NCBI GenBank assembly: GCA_040437565.1
Contig: JBDOQK010000045.1
Location: forward strand, 186,001 to 250,000
Length of the DNA stretch: 64,000 bases
Direction: 5' to 3'
Source of the DNA: Albugo candida
Taxonomy: Eukaryota
The notes below the pieces were generated by a model, which saw nothing but the letters and a program-made list of their open reading frames with translations, had not been told where the DNA came from and did no database searches. Positions 49,601 through 61,500 of this stretch are shown here, one piece after another; within the stretch, counting starts at the first letter, position 1, and each line of letters starts with the position of its first letter. The translations under genes and the position numbers were made by a program.

Positions 49601-50933
49601 TGGAGATTTTGGGCGTAATATCATTGCTGGATTTGGCGACACCATGGCGTGCCAGTAAGATAATGGCGATATACCGAACGCATATATCAAAGCTGTCCAG
49701 TGACAAAGCTCAACATTTTTTGATGAGTCCCGCTCAGAATGGACGCGGACCACGACATACTTGATTTGTCGAAAGAAAGGATGACACTGTTCCTAGAGTT
49801 CAAGAAAGCGCTGTACAATCTGAAGAAAGCAAGAAGACTTTCGTCAGAATTGCTGCATAAGGAAGTAGTGTCTTTAAGATTTACACTGTGTCGTAAAGAC
49901 ATGTGTCTTCACTGGAAGCGAGATGGTGCACGTTAAGTGCACGACCATCTGGTAACGGTACTGAGCTTTTCCATATCCACAAATTTTATAGTGATTTTTA
50001 AAATATGTCTCGAAATACTTTGGTTTGCGCAAAAGTTTCTCGTAACGCAAATCAATGACGATGATGAAGTGGGTTACGATATTGATCAAGAATTGAAAAT
50101 TTTGGATATGCATGAAGACCTGGGTTATAAAAAGGTCCATCATACAAGGATTTCGATAGATCATTTACTAATGACGTTTTCGAAACGATGTCATGCTCCC
50201 GATTTGTACCACACATAATGGAGTTTGCGTACGTACATTTGAACCCTGAAGGGAAAGATGCTATGGTTATCTCGATACAAACGCCCTGCTATTTCATTGC
50301 AGCACATCTTGCAACAAGGCGTAGGAATTGTCTGACCGAAGGTGATAGAAAACTTCCCATGAAAATGTTGAGGTATCTCAAAGGGTCAAAGTACCTTATT
50401 GTCTACAAATTAAAGGAGATGACGATTTGTATACACAACAGCAGTCAAATTGTTGGTTTATCTGATGCAGACTGTGCTCCAGACAAGGAGGACCGTGGAA
50501 ATGTTACTGGAGGGTATATCTTGTTTGCTCGCAAAAAATTCTACTATGGAAGCAGGATTTAATGCAGCGTCAGTCGTCGTTGCAGAGATGATTGGCATCA
50601 GAGAGGTGATGTAAGAGATGGGGATAAATTGTCTTACGCCGGTGTCGCTCATGATCGGTAGACAATTAGCACTAATGCAACTTACTAGAGAATTTATCAA
50701 GCAAAACATGTTGACGTGAGAGTAACTCTCGTGGACCCGTACGCCAAACATGGGATTCTCAAGACCGAGTACTGCGAAGGTTCTCGCATGATAGCTGCCA
50801 TGATAGAAAGCACTTTCAGCATCGAGATTGGTGGAGTTAAACCCTCTTCTCGGTTTATACCAAAATTTGTGAGTCATGTCGTGACGGATTGTGCACCTGA
50901 AACATCAGAACCGAGAAACGCACGGTGGAGGAG

Positions 50934-51124
50934 TGTTGGAAATTGAATGACGCGGAAATTTTCGTACATGGATACTGGAGCGTCCTTCAATTGTTTGTTT
51001 GATGCATGCCGTCATTTCTACTTATCGGCAAGCATATTCCTGAAAGCAGTTGAGTTTCGGAAAGATTGGCGGATATGTTAACTACTAAAAGAGGACTCCC
51101 CTTTTAGCATTGCTCAAAAAAACA
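50934..51124 (+). repeat. 3' LTR of the Copia element, preceded by a polypurine tract
   Basis: GGTGGAGGAG then TGTTGG...AACA, followed by the TSD AAGTC. Confidence 0.85.
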
Positions 51125-54100
51125 AAGTCTACCGATAAATTTCGATATCACTGGTGATGGTGCGCTGTTTCATCTTTTTTTTGCAAGTCGCTTTTTTTAC
51201 TTTGATTCCTACCTTTTTAAACTATGTGAGCTTCCGATTACACGCCATAAAAAGTATATGATACATTATACACATCGTCAATCAGCCACATTGCAATAAG
51301 CAAGTTCAATCAAGAGGATGCACGAGTAAGTCTACCAGAGCTGTTTTCCGGTTGAGCTTAAAATAACAAACGTACATGATTATAGCATGTAAACATGCAC
51401 AATAAAAGCGTGTATTAATTTGATTGATACGGTAGGGTTCTAAACTGCCAGTACTTTGGAAAAGGTCGCAAGGTCCGCCTGATAGAAAAAGATAACTCTA
51501 AGTCCAGTTTGATCGCGCAAATAGCGTACTTGAGCAGTTCGAGTAGTTACAGAAATTCCAACATCATCCGCAAACATCAATAGCGTTGACCATTGCCACT
51601 AATTCACATTATTCATTCGAAGGATAAGCTATAAATGTTTTCTGCGATAGCAGTAAAGAGGGTATTGCGGTAGGTCGAATTCTACTTCGACTCACCATTT
51701 TTGTTCAACGAGTGATAGTAGAGCAATAGCTTGTTAGATCAAGTCATCTGATCTCTTTCTAACCGTATCTTCAAATCCAAGTTCGTAGTCTATATCGACA
51801 TGTGAGCGAAGTCGTGGTCGACTTGGTGATAAATTACAAATCGCAAGCAACAAGCTCTTGGTACCTAAAACCCTATATCAAAACGTAATTCACACCACAA
51901 TGCTTACAAATGAACGAAATAGAGCGAAGCACTAGATCTTCTAGGACATGGTTGGACAAAAACGGGGGTTTCAAGATCAGTATAGCTTCACACGCGAGAG
52001 AAGATCAATGATAACGATAGCACAATGAAATTGGTATACTATCAATGGAGAAATGAAAGGTTTAGCTCCTATTGACAGATTATAATGGTTGAATATCTAG
52101 ATCATGCGTGTGAACATCAAACCGCTTATGATCAGACTTCCCGTACATCAACGATTCTGACTCATGCAAATGTACCTTTTGAGGCTAACGAGTCATCCTT
52201 ACTGCTTCCAAGGACATCTTACAGAGATCTAGTCTTTTTATCAAGCGAGAGGAACGTGAGTGAATCTTCTGCATAAATCTTGTGCATTCACATCGGTCAT
52301 GATCGTTAGAATTTCCAATCGTGTTGAGCGAAGTGTTGCCAAATTAATCACCCACTATTGTGGAGAGGATTTGAGCCCTTTAGAAGTGTAGGAAGTGCTG
52401 TGCTTTTGACGAGAAACGTTTTCCAATTGGGCAGCGGCCAACAATAAGGATCTTGGATATTGTTCACTGCGTGGGTGTGGCGTACAAGACCATTGGTGGT
52501 CCATGAGACATATTTGCACTACATCTTTTGTTTGTTGAAGCAGATTATCAGATCGATGGCACCAGACACAATTTTGTAAACAAGGAGCACCGTATCGTTC
52601 AAGGCACATTACACACGGTGGTGGGCAATTCTCCCTATCAACCAAAACGATGTGTGGGTTCTTTTGAAACTGATCGATACCGGTATGGCAAGGTCTATGT
52701 CAACTGCAATGAGATTCAGATATCTCAAAGTGAATGTGAAAGGAGAAGTAAGCAATGTGACTTAGATGTGTGACCGTGAGACCGTTCATACGCCAGATAG
52801 TACATCTCCGGAAACTTGCACGCTCACATAACAAATTCATATCCTCATTTACCTGCCTAATATCTCTAGGCTAGAAATTGGCCGTATACAACATTGCCAG
52901 TTGGAAGAAGCTGCAGGACAAGCGCCGGCGAAAGATCATCGGACCTCGGTCAGTTTCTACTTCCTCCTTTTACGAGTATCTTCGTATTCCATCCGGGCCT
53001 GCTCAATTTTTCGGGCTTTGTATCTAACGCTTCCAATCGAAGAAGGAAAACTACTATACATGTAGTTCCTGAACATCGTTCGTATGCTTGCTTCAGATAA
53101 GAGTGCTTTTCTTATAAACGACATTCTAGTCGAGCTATGCTAAGCAGGCAAGTATCCCACGTTCGAGCTATCCATGCAAGAGAATCAACAACATCCTTTA
53201 AAATGCATTGTTTCACAGCTTCGAAGACCTCATTCAACATCTTGTTATCTAGTCACCTAGGGAATAATGAATGGCATCGTAGGATACATAAAAAGTGAAT
53301 TCTAATGCTGCATGTATTCTTCGTACCAAATTGCGAGCTAATGGTAGAGAGTTTGTGCGATATAGTAATGGGAAAACACAAATGGAATTTTCTTATGTTA
53401 GCGACAAACTGCGGAGTAAGGAAAAATGTGCGAACCAATAATGTGCAATCATCTCCGATAAATGCGGGCAGACTAATTCTTCGGTTCATAAGAAGGAACT
53501 TTGAGACCAGAAAACATTTGACTAAAACGTTGCGTCGGATCAGATGTCCTCATTGCGATAGCCTGGCTATCTTGACCTTAATTTTTTTTCTAACATAAGC
53601 AGGTGTGAATACCAACGCATATCGCAGAAAAAAATATCATGTTTATTTGGTGAAGTAAAATAATTGATGTGAGATGAAGTTGCTTTCGTTGTTGCGGTGA
53701 AAAATGAAATGATCTACTAGTACATCGAGAAGCGCAGAGAATGGACAATGGAGAGAAGATGCGTGATGGATCTTCCCTAGTAGGATCAGTGTAGTTGACC
53801 TTTTCTCAAATTGCGCAATATATCTGTCGAGCTTGATTCAACTCCATTAAGTCCCAACAGGCATCAATCCTCTCAATTATAAACGTGTTCATATAATGTA
53901 TGCACGAAGATGTCTGATCAGGCCACTGAGCCATGAAACAATCTTCAAAATGTGGCGTAGGGCCAGTATAAATACGGAAGTTTGTCTTCCTAACCTATAA
54001 GACGATGGGGGAACTTTCCCGGTAGAGGCTTTCCTTTTCCCGCTACAATTCCGTGCTGACCACACAACAAACTCTGAAATGAACACACGATACTTTTCTG

Positions 54101-55659
54101 GCAGTAAGGTAATCTGTCTTAACCAGTGGGGCATACTTTTGACATATCGATTCAACCAAGCATCATAGAAGAAATATCGGCGCGGCCAGCTTAATCACGA
54201 TGTTACGGGGAGGATTAATGTGAGATTGATGATAAAGAAGTTACAAGTAATTGACGTTTTCATGTCCACTTAGAATGACAGCAAGGACCTCGCATCGAAA
54301 TGAGACTACACACATGAAGCATCAACTTTGTCGGTCAAGCTATATTACTCCTATCCTTTCAGCTTCTTGTGTGCATGTAAAATGAATGATTATCATTGTT
54401 GGTGAGGATCTAACTCGTGTTTTCTTCTGCTAGCTAAAGCTACACAAGGGAGCTGATAATCAACGCGGAATAAATAGGTGAGAGATTATCGAGACCTTGC
54501 ACAGCGTTTTCGACACGTCTCGGTAGAAGTTTAAAGACCCAGACTACCGTCTACTACAGAAGGTTATCAAGCCCTACTCACAAATGCTTTCGCTTGCGAG
54601 TTTAGGTAGCTTTCCTTCATGTAATATTGTATAGGTACCCGGAATAATAATTACTTTTACTACAAACTGTTAATGTGAAGAGGCTTTCTCCAGCCGTCTG
54701 GAATCCATCAGGATCTTACACAATTATGGTCGAAGTGTGCATGCGACTGTATGAGGGTTAGCTCACATCCTTCGCTTGGATAAGACAAAGTGATCACGTG
54801 CATTGAATGAGAATTGAACCAAGTCGTCGATAGATCAATCGGATACTTTATGCCTCTTCTCACGAAGGCGTCAACTTGTATGCCCGATAATCTTATGCAG
54901 TTTCCTGCTTTTATGAAAGAGTAGACTACCTGGATAAATAACCTGTGTTCTACACGGAGGGAGGAGAGTTTGCCGTTATTGTAGTCGTGAGTGTGTAAGT
55001 AGGAGCTGTAATGTGTATATAATAAAAAAAAGTGTATAGATATAAGTTATACTATACTTTATCGATCATATTAGCATATTCGTAGTAAGTCTTTACAAAA
55101 AGTAGTCTAGATCATAGAAAGGAACGTCTGCATTTTCATATTCGCACAAGAAGCACTTGCATAGTCATTTGTAACCTTCGATCCTCAGTGCAATGGTAAT
55201 GTAGACCTGGTGCATGTTCTATGTAATAAGGTAGATTAGATTACTACGATAAACCCCACATCATTTCTGAATTCCTGTACCTCGTTTCTCATTGCCCGAG
55301 CCTGGTGGACGTATCGTCATCAAATACTGCAAGTGAATTAGCTCCTTGCTCTTACCGACAATGTAAGTGCTGTACTAAATATGCGGATGACACAAAGCTC
55401 ATTAGATCCGCTCGAACCAAAAATCATACCTAGCTTTTATGTCCTCTACAGCTTAGTTATGGTGGTAGACTAAATTACACTAATTTGAGAACGTTTTCAT
55501 GAGAAGACAACATACTTGAACAGGAGAGTACGCTTACAGCTAAACCGATGGCACGCTGATTCTGAAAGAGTTTGGGTGTCAACAATCACATGCGAAGTAT
55601 AAAAGACAGACCCTTTCCATCGTAGAAGAAGCTCACATTTATAGGGCACGGACGATTAG

Positions 55660-56124
55660 TGTAAGGAGTAAAATGAATAAGGCTATTTCCCAACCGCAAA
55701 GTACAAAACAGTGACGATATGCTTGTCATTGTATAAGTTCAATTAGCTGCGAAAGTGAATATTTATCGGATGCTATATTTAGGAAATTGTTATATTCACT
55801 CCCTTTTTGGTTCAATTCACTCCCTTCTAAGTAAGGTGGTACACATAAATATACTATGTGTATATACTATGTATACTTTGTCAAGGATTTCATTACACTG
55901 TTTATCTGGTGTTATAACTACCTTCCTTACCCGATCATGATCCCCTGACCGTGTGAATATCACTTGAGTCTGACTTCAAACCTAGGGAGGCAGATATTTT
56001 CCAAGCTTACTGCTTGGGTGGGGTCAAACCGCTGCCCACACTGCCGGGGATTGAACTAACGACATCCGGCAGGAGGTCCGTGCGCTCAAGTGCTTAAACG
56101 ACTGAGCTGGGTACGGACCCTATA
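55660..56124. repeat. Putative solo LTR (about 465 bp)
   Basis: Begins TGTAAGG and ends CCCTATA (CCCCACA in the other copy), an imperfect terminal inverted pair. The right 250 bp match 4983-5233. The left boundary is inferred and no TSD was found. Confidence 0.6.
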
Positions 56125-56212
56125 CTGTGTATACCTTTTATTTATACGGTGCATGACACTTAAAACCAGCAAACCCTGATTTTGAATGGCCAATTTTCGG
56201 ATCATACTACCC

Positions 56213-56303
56213 TATAATGTTGCCGCTGCTGATTGGCCAAAAGGGCATCATAAGTCACGGATATAATGTTCCCACTGCTGATTGACTAAAAGTACATCAT
56301 AAA
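56213..56303. repeat. Two imperfect 49-bp-period direct repeats upstream of the transposase
   Basis: tataatgttgccgctgctgattggccaaaagggcatcataa at 56213 and tataatgttcccactgctgattgactaaaagtacatcataa at 56262. Confidence 0.85.
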
Positions 56304-56404
56304 CAATCGTCCTTGCCCTGACCTAGGCTCAGTCATCGCCACTAACTACTTACCCGCTTGAAACCTCAACCATCAATCTGCATTCCGACAAATATCGTAC
56401 AATT

Positions 56405-58440
56405 ATGCCTCACCTAACAAAGATTAAAAGGCAGATGCGGGAAATGAGAGAGGTCACGGGCGCCAAAACCGATAACAGCTCAGGCATTCATATGTCTACT
56501 GATAGCAGTTCTGAAGAAGACCTGGATGTTTCGGAGGGCAATGATGACGAAAATCTCGACTTCGCATCTGTTGAAGCAAATATTGGAAGAGCCTATCAAA
56601 CAGCTGTTATAGTTTTACCATTACCAGTATTAAATTCATAACAGGCCAATCCAATTTACAGGTGGTGCACCTGGAACTCAACGACGGAAAACAGCCGAAC
56701 TCAAAAAGGCTGCTGTTGGCTGTAATCTTTTGACCAAAGACTTTGCTGTTCCAAGACCAGTGTTGGAAGAAGCTGAGGTTACGGATGAGCGTGACAAAGA
56801 GGATGGTGCACTCTGGACCAGGAAGAGGCTGGCAACCACCATTAACACACTTCCCACCCGAGCAAAGACTGGTAAAGCCGAGCAAAACCGGCGACTTGCA
56901 GTTCTTTCTTATCTTCAGCTGAATAAATCTCGATATGTGCGAATTGTCGCTAGCACACTGAAAGCGGAAGGTGCTGGGAGGGTTGTGTATTTTGTGCGCT
57001 CTGTGCGTGCTTGGGCAACACTCTGTCTAAACGGCGAAGAATCGCCTTTATCGCAGACGGGAAAACATGCAAAACGGCGAAGCTACCTACAGGATGAGGA
57101 CTGCATTCTACCGTGTCAGGAGTATCTTCGAGCGAACAAGTTTAAGGTGGAAGTATCAGCTCTGATAGAACATGTCAACACGAACATCCTTCCGTGACAT
57201 GGATACGCCTCATCTCCAACAATCTCTGAAAGGACTGCGATACGCTGGCTCCATTTACTGGACATCAAACACCGCGCAGTGACTAAAGGAATATACATTT
57301 ACGGCCATGAGCAGGAGGATGTTATTGCATACCGGCAACACTTCCTGGAGCGAATGGCCGACCTTGAGGCGCGGATGCCGACTGTTGTTGGGAAATAGGA
57401 AGTCGATCGTAACAATGAGTTCACTGCAATCACCTGGCCCTCTGATGGCATTCGTTCACTCATCTTGGCAACTCATGATGAGAGTACTTTTGCCGCTCAT
57501 GATGGACTCAAGCGTCTTTGGTTGCCAGACGGTGAACAAGCATTACAAAAAAAGGAATAGGGAAGGTTCATTCACGTCAGTGACTCCTTTGCAACATCAT
57601 AGGTCGATTAGCACTTGATGAAGAAAAAGCTGCTCAGCATCCTGACCTAGAAGCAGTGGCCTGCGTCATCATGCAGCCTGACACGCAGCATGAAGGATGG
57701 CGGACATCGGAGAAACTGTGGAAAAAGTCTGTGACTTGGCATCCTAATCTCTGAAGGTCAATTTCCCGGCTGTCAAGCTCTTTTTGCATTCGACAATGCA
57801 ACTCGACACAGTGCATTCGCCCCCGATGCCCTTCGCGCCGGCACAATGAACTTGTCAAGTGTAGGCAAGCAGCCAAAGATGCCTTCAACAACGTGGGGAC
57901 ACGGAGTCTCTCAGAATTTGGTTTTTGCTTATGACAATCCTGATGAAACGCTTCGTGGTCAGGCAAAGAGACTGAAAGTTGTGCTGAAGGAATGTGGGCC
58001 GTGAGAAGCTGGCCTGAAGGCGCGAGGCAAAATATGTCCTGTATATGGCACAACCTGCTGCACCAGATAAATTATGGCCAATCAATCAGACTTCAAAGCA
58101 CAAGTAAGAATGATAGAGGAGCGAATTGTTGCCGCTGGCCATCAAGGGATATTTTACCCAAACTTTCACTGCGAGCTCAACTAAATCGAAAACTTTTGGG
58201 CAGCCGCTAAGCGATGCGCCAGAAAACACTGCGATTACACTTGGAAAAATTTACTGGTAACAGTTCCACCTGCCTTGGCATCTGTTCCACGAGACGAGAT
58301 ACGTCGACATTTGCGATACATGGACGCTTACCGAAAAGGTCTCACCGGAAAAGAAGCAGAGTATGGGGTAAAAAAATACAAATTCCACCGACGTGTACCC
58401 AGTCTTGTGTCGATGGATGTGGGTGCTATGACAAGATGAG
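56405..58440 (+). mobile_element. Near full-length decayed DDE transposase (copy 3), IS630/Tc1-mariner superfamily-like
   Basis: ATG at 56405; [83 protein letters not shown] and [10 protein letters not shown], with multiple stops and frameshifts. Confidence 0.9.
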
Positions 58441-58465
58441 TAGCACCTTTATTGGCAGTTTCCTG

Positions 58466-58540
58466 CAAAACTAATATTATTCTTCAAACCATAATGTTAT
58501 CCTTCGAAACATAATATTATCCTACGAAAACTAATATTCG
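58466..58540. repeat. About 3.5 imperfect 20-bp tandem repeats downstream of the transposase
   Basis: aaaactaatattattcttc / aaaccataatgttatccttc / gaaacataatattatcctac / gaaaactaatatt. Confidence 0.8.
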
Positions 58541-61500
58541 ACAGAATAGTTCAGGCGGCCAAATTTTCTCCAACCCTTGGAAATTACCAAAATTCAGACG
58601 ACTTTGCACCACTACAGCTCCATGAAAAGTTGAGATAATAAAAATCCGAGACTTGTGAAGGAAAGCTTAGAGCATGCTCTTTGTTGCCAAAGGCTTGTTT
58701 TGTGTGTAATTTGTATTTTGGAAAGCCTGAGCGATTCTTGCAGGGCCACTAAAGTTGCTGGTTTTATGTGACATGCACTATACAACTACCAGCAGATTTG
58801 TACTCTATTCAATACACTTTCCAATTTGTATGGTGATGGTTGATTCCAGCGAAAGAACGACCTAGCAACGATCACACGCATCGTGACAATCACAAAAACA
58901 GAACGCGACAAAAATGTGGTTGCCGTATCGGCCGTTCTAGTACCAGGTAAAGAATTACACGATGTACCTATCGTGTGACTTGCACCCCATGTGCACGGCG
59001 TCTACACGTTTATCCAAGTCGTTGGGGGTTGTCAGTTGGTCCACTTGCCCGCATAGTTGTATAGATGCTATAATAACACGATCACTGGTCAGCATTTTGT
59101 ACCCTCTACGGGTCACCGCTTCATCGCACCAGATTTCACTTGACAAAAAGATAACAGTGACTCACGTGAAGTATCTTTGTAAACTGATCATGACTGATGG
59201 TCCACTCAACACTGCAGTGTATGAGTCAATATACTTGGTTCTTTGTGAATCGTAACTCGGACATAATTTCAAACTGTGCGTATTCACATTATTCCATATT
59301 CTCAATACGAAGCATGCAGCTTTGACTTACATTCTTTCAGTTACTAATGCAATATACTTTGCAAATTTTGATGAAGCCCCACCTATGGAACCATTAGATC
59401 TGCCAGAAATGACAGAAAATCGACTAAGGGTGACCAAGAATCCTACCCTGGCTACATAGCTGCTCCCTATCCAAGTCCATGCAACAATCCATCACGTAAT
59501 GAAGACTATCTCTACAGCAACGGCAACGTAAGTGATGGTACATAGTGTTAATCTAAAGTGAGTACAATAGATACATCTATGGTTGATATGGCGGCTATAA
59601 TGGCGGTGTGTACGGACGGGGAAACGAACGAACAGATATGGTTCAAGTGCTTACGGCATGGGTGGTGCTGAATTCGAAGGCAATGGTGGACAATTTGGTG
59701 GATCTTATGGACGGGGGCATACGGACCTTCAGTGATAGGAACTGATGGCCGTCTCAAAAATTAAGAATACAGTTACCGATCTCCATCCACATTTTGGTCA
59801 CCTGCAGTATCTATACCAACGCGTACTAGAATGAAGACTATGTACTATCAGCATTTTAATATGGGCCGAGCTGACACCTTTATATCGATTTTGGAATATT
59901 TATCTAGTACTATCCTTCTCCTGCTTCAAAATCTTTCTGATCCCCGTTATATACAGCAAATCGGTTGTATGCAGCACACTCAGCGATGGGGTGTATCTCC
60001 AAGGTGCTTGTAACTCATCACTCGCTATCCGTTCCACACCCAGTTTCAATGCCTTAGTTGCGGTTGATTTTCTTCTCTCAATCTGTGGAAGAAACTTGTT
60101 CGAGAGTAGAACGCACTCGCAGGAAGCCAAGTCAAAACCGTATATACGTGAACTATCGACCAACTTGGGATGTAGATGACACAGTCTGTTAGCAAACTGT
60201 TTTGGACATCCTATCCTACGTGTCGGAATAAGGTGGTCATAACCACGAATCACTTTTTACATTTATTCGCAGTCGAAGCCTTCATAGAGACAACCACACA
60301 CTTCCGTATACGTTCTTACAGCTTTTCTTAAAAGAAACAATCATCAGCGCGGTTCCACTGCGGCTCTTAGACATGCTCCAATTACCAAATTTGTGTGGAA
60401 TGCGCGTTAGTACACCCACTCGGCTGTCGAACGGAATTATCAGGTCTACGCTTCAATGTCTTAACTAGAGGTAACAAGATCTTATACGATCTTGACTATT
60501 GCCTGTCTCTAAGTTTTTTATCCCGTTCTTCATATGGCACTATACGTTCATGTCGAAGTGAAAACTATCTATTAAAAGTTGCACGTTCAAGGACAATGGG
60601 ACGGGAATATGTGCAAGCAATTCGTGAAAGTAAGTGATTCACTTTGCGAGTACGCGGTCCAATGAATGGCCTGAAAGATTATCGGTTGAGCATACTGCAA
60701 ACGCGTTCAATGGAGATGTATTACTACCCATTTACGCCAAATATTTAGTAGTTGCCGATCATAATTGTGTCGCAAACCACAGACTGTCAATAAAGAAGAT
60801 ATGCGTCTATTTGTGCACTCAAGGAAGCGATTCAACTCGCTCGAAATCTGGGTCATGAAATCACCTTCGAGCTGACCGCTCATGTAATCTTACACTTTGC
60901 CGTAATATTTTTAATGATTAAGCAGATACTTTGAAATAACCCAAGTAAACAATGGAGTAAATATGGCCTCCGTCAATTTAGCAAGACTCATGCTTATAAC
61001 TGCGAAAAAAGAAAAAAAAAACACACATATCTATATCATCTTAATGCGAAGCAAATTGGTGCGTACTCGCAGAATTGATAACCAGAAAGTCCTGTATTGG
61101 TTTGTAGGAGAAATGACATGATGCCATTGTATCGGCCCTCCGAAATAGAAACATTGAAGGCAAAACCTTTGGAGCAAAAAACAGATGTTGTGCAATGAGC
61201 CGATAACGGCACGCAACTTGCAACTTCCATTCAATAGGCACGAGTACCCAAATCCGCTTATGTCCATAATACCAATTCTAGACCAAAGAATGAGCGTGGT
61301 GTCAAACGATACTCAAATAGGAGAAATTGGACTCAATACCACCACAGATTCCTAAATTTGCTGACAGAGATGAAGCATATCAGCACCTTAAGTCACAGAA
61401 TTATTGTATATCAACTGATTCACTTGGAAAGTATCCATCTGATAAATATCTTAAAAGGGGAAAATCAGTTCAAGTAGCCGTTCTTTGCATATGAGCGGAA

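Larger units (their letters stand above)
46490..51124 (+). mobile_element. Complete but decayed Ty1/Copia LTR retrotransposon with 5-bp TSD AAGTC
   Basis: Two LTRs start TGTTGGAAAT (46490 and 50934), with a PBS, a PPT and AAGTC at 46485-46489 and 51125-51129. Internal motifs: gag HFLYLVAVAEV...LVLNNIVQY; protease MLDSESSHH; integrase AESMHRTIMNMARFM; RT KKALYNLKKA; RNase H GLSDADCAPDKEDR. Confidence 0.93.

Noticed and set aside
51665-51698. tRNA 3'-end-like GTAGGTCGAATTCTAC...ACCA
   Set aside because: The T loop is imperfect and there is no 5' half.
54700-55000. Possible Gypsy chromodomain end and PPT (GGAGGGAGGAGAG)
   Set aside because: Too degraded; no TG follows the tract and no other Gypsy motifs were found.
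59900-60300. GFDCE...LIPTR...IYG...E pattern reminiscent of IS4/IS5-type transposases
   Set aside because: Only scattered residues match, with stops and no termini; chance cannot be excluded without an HMM search.
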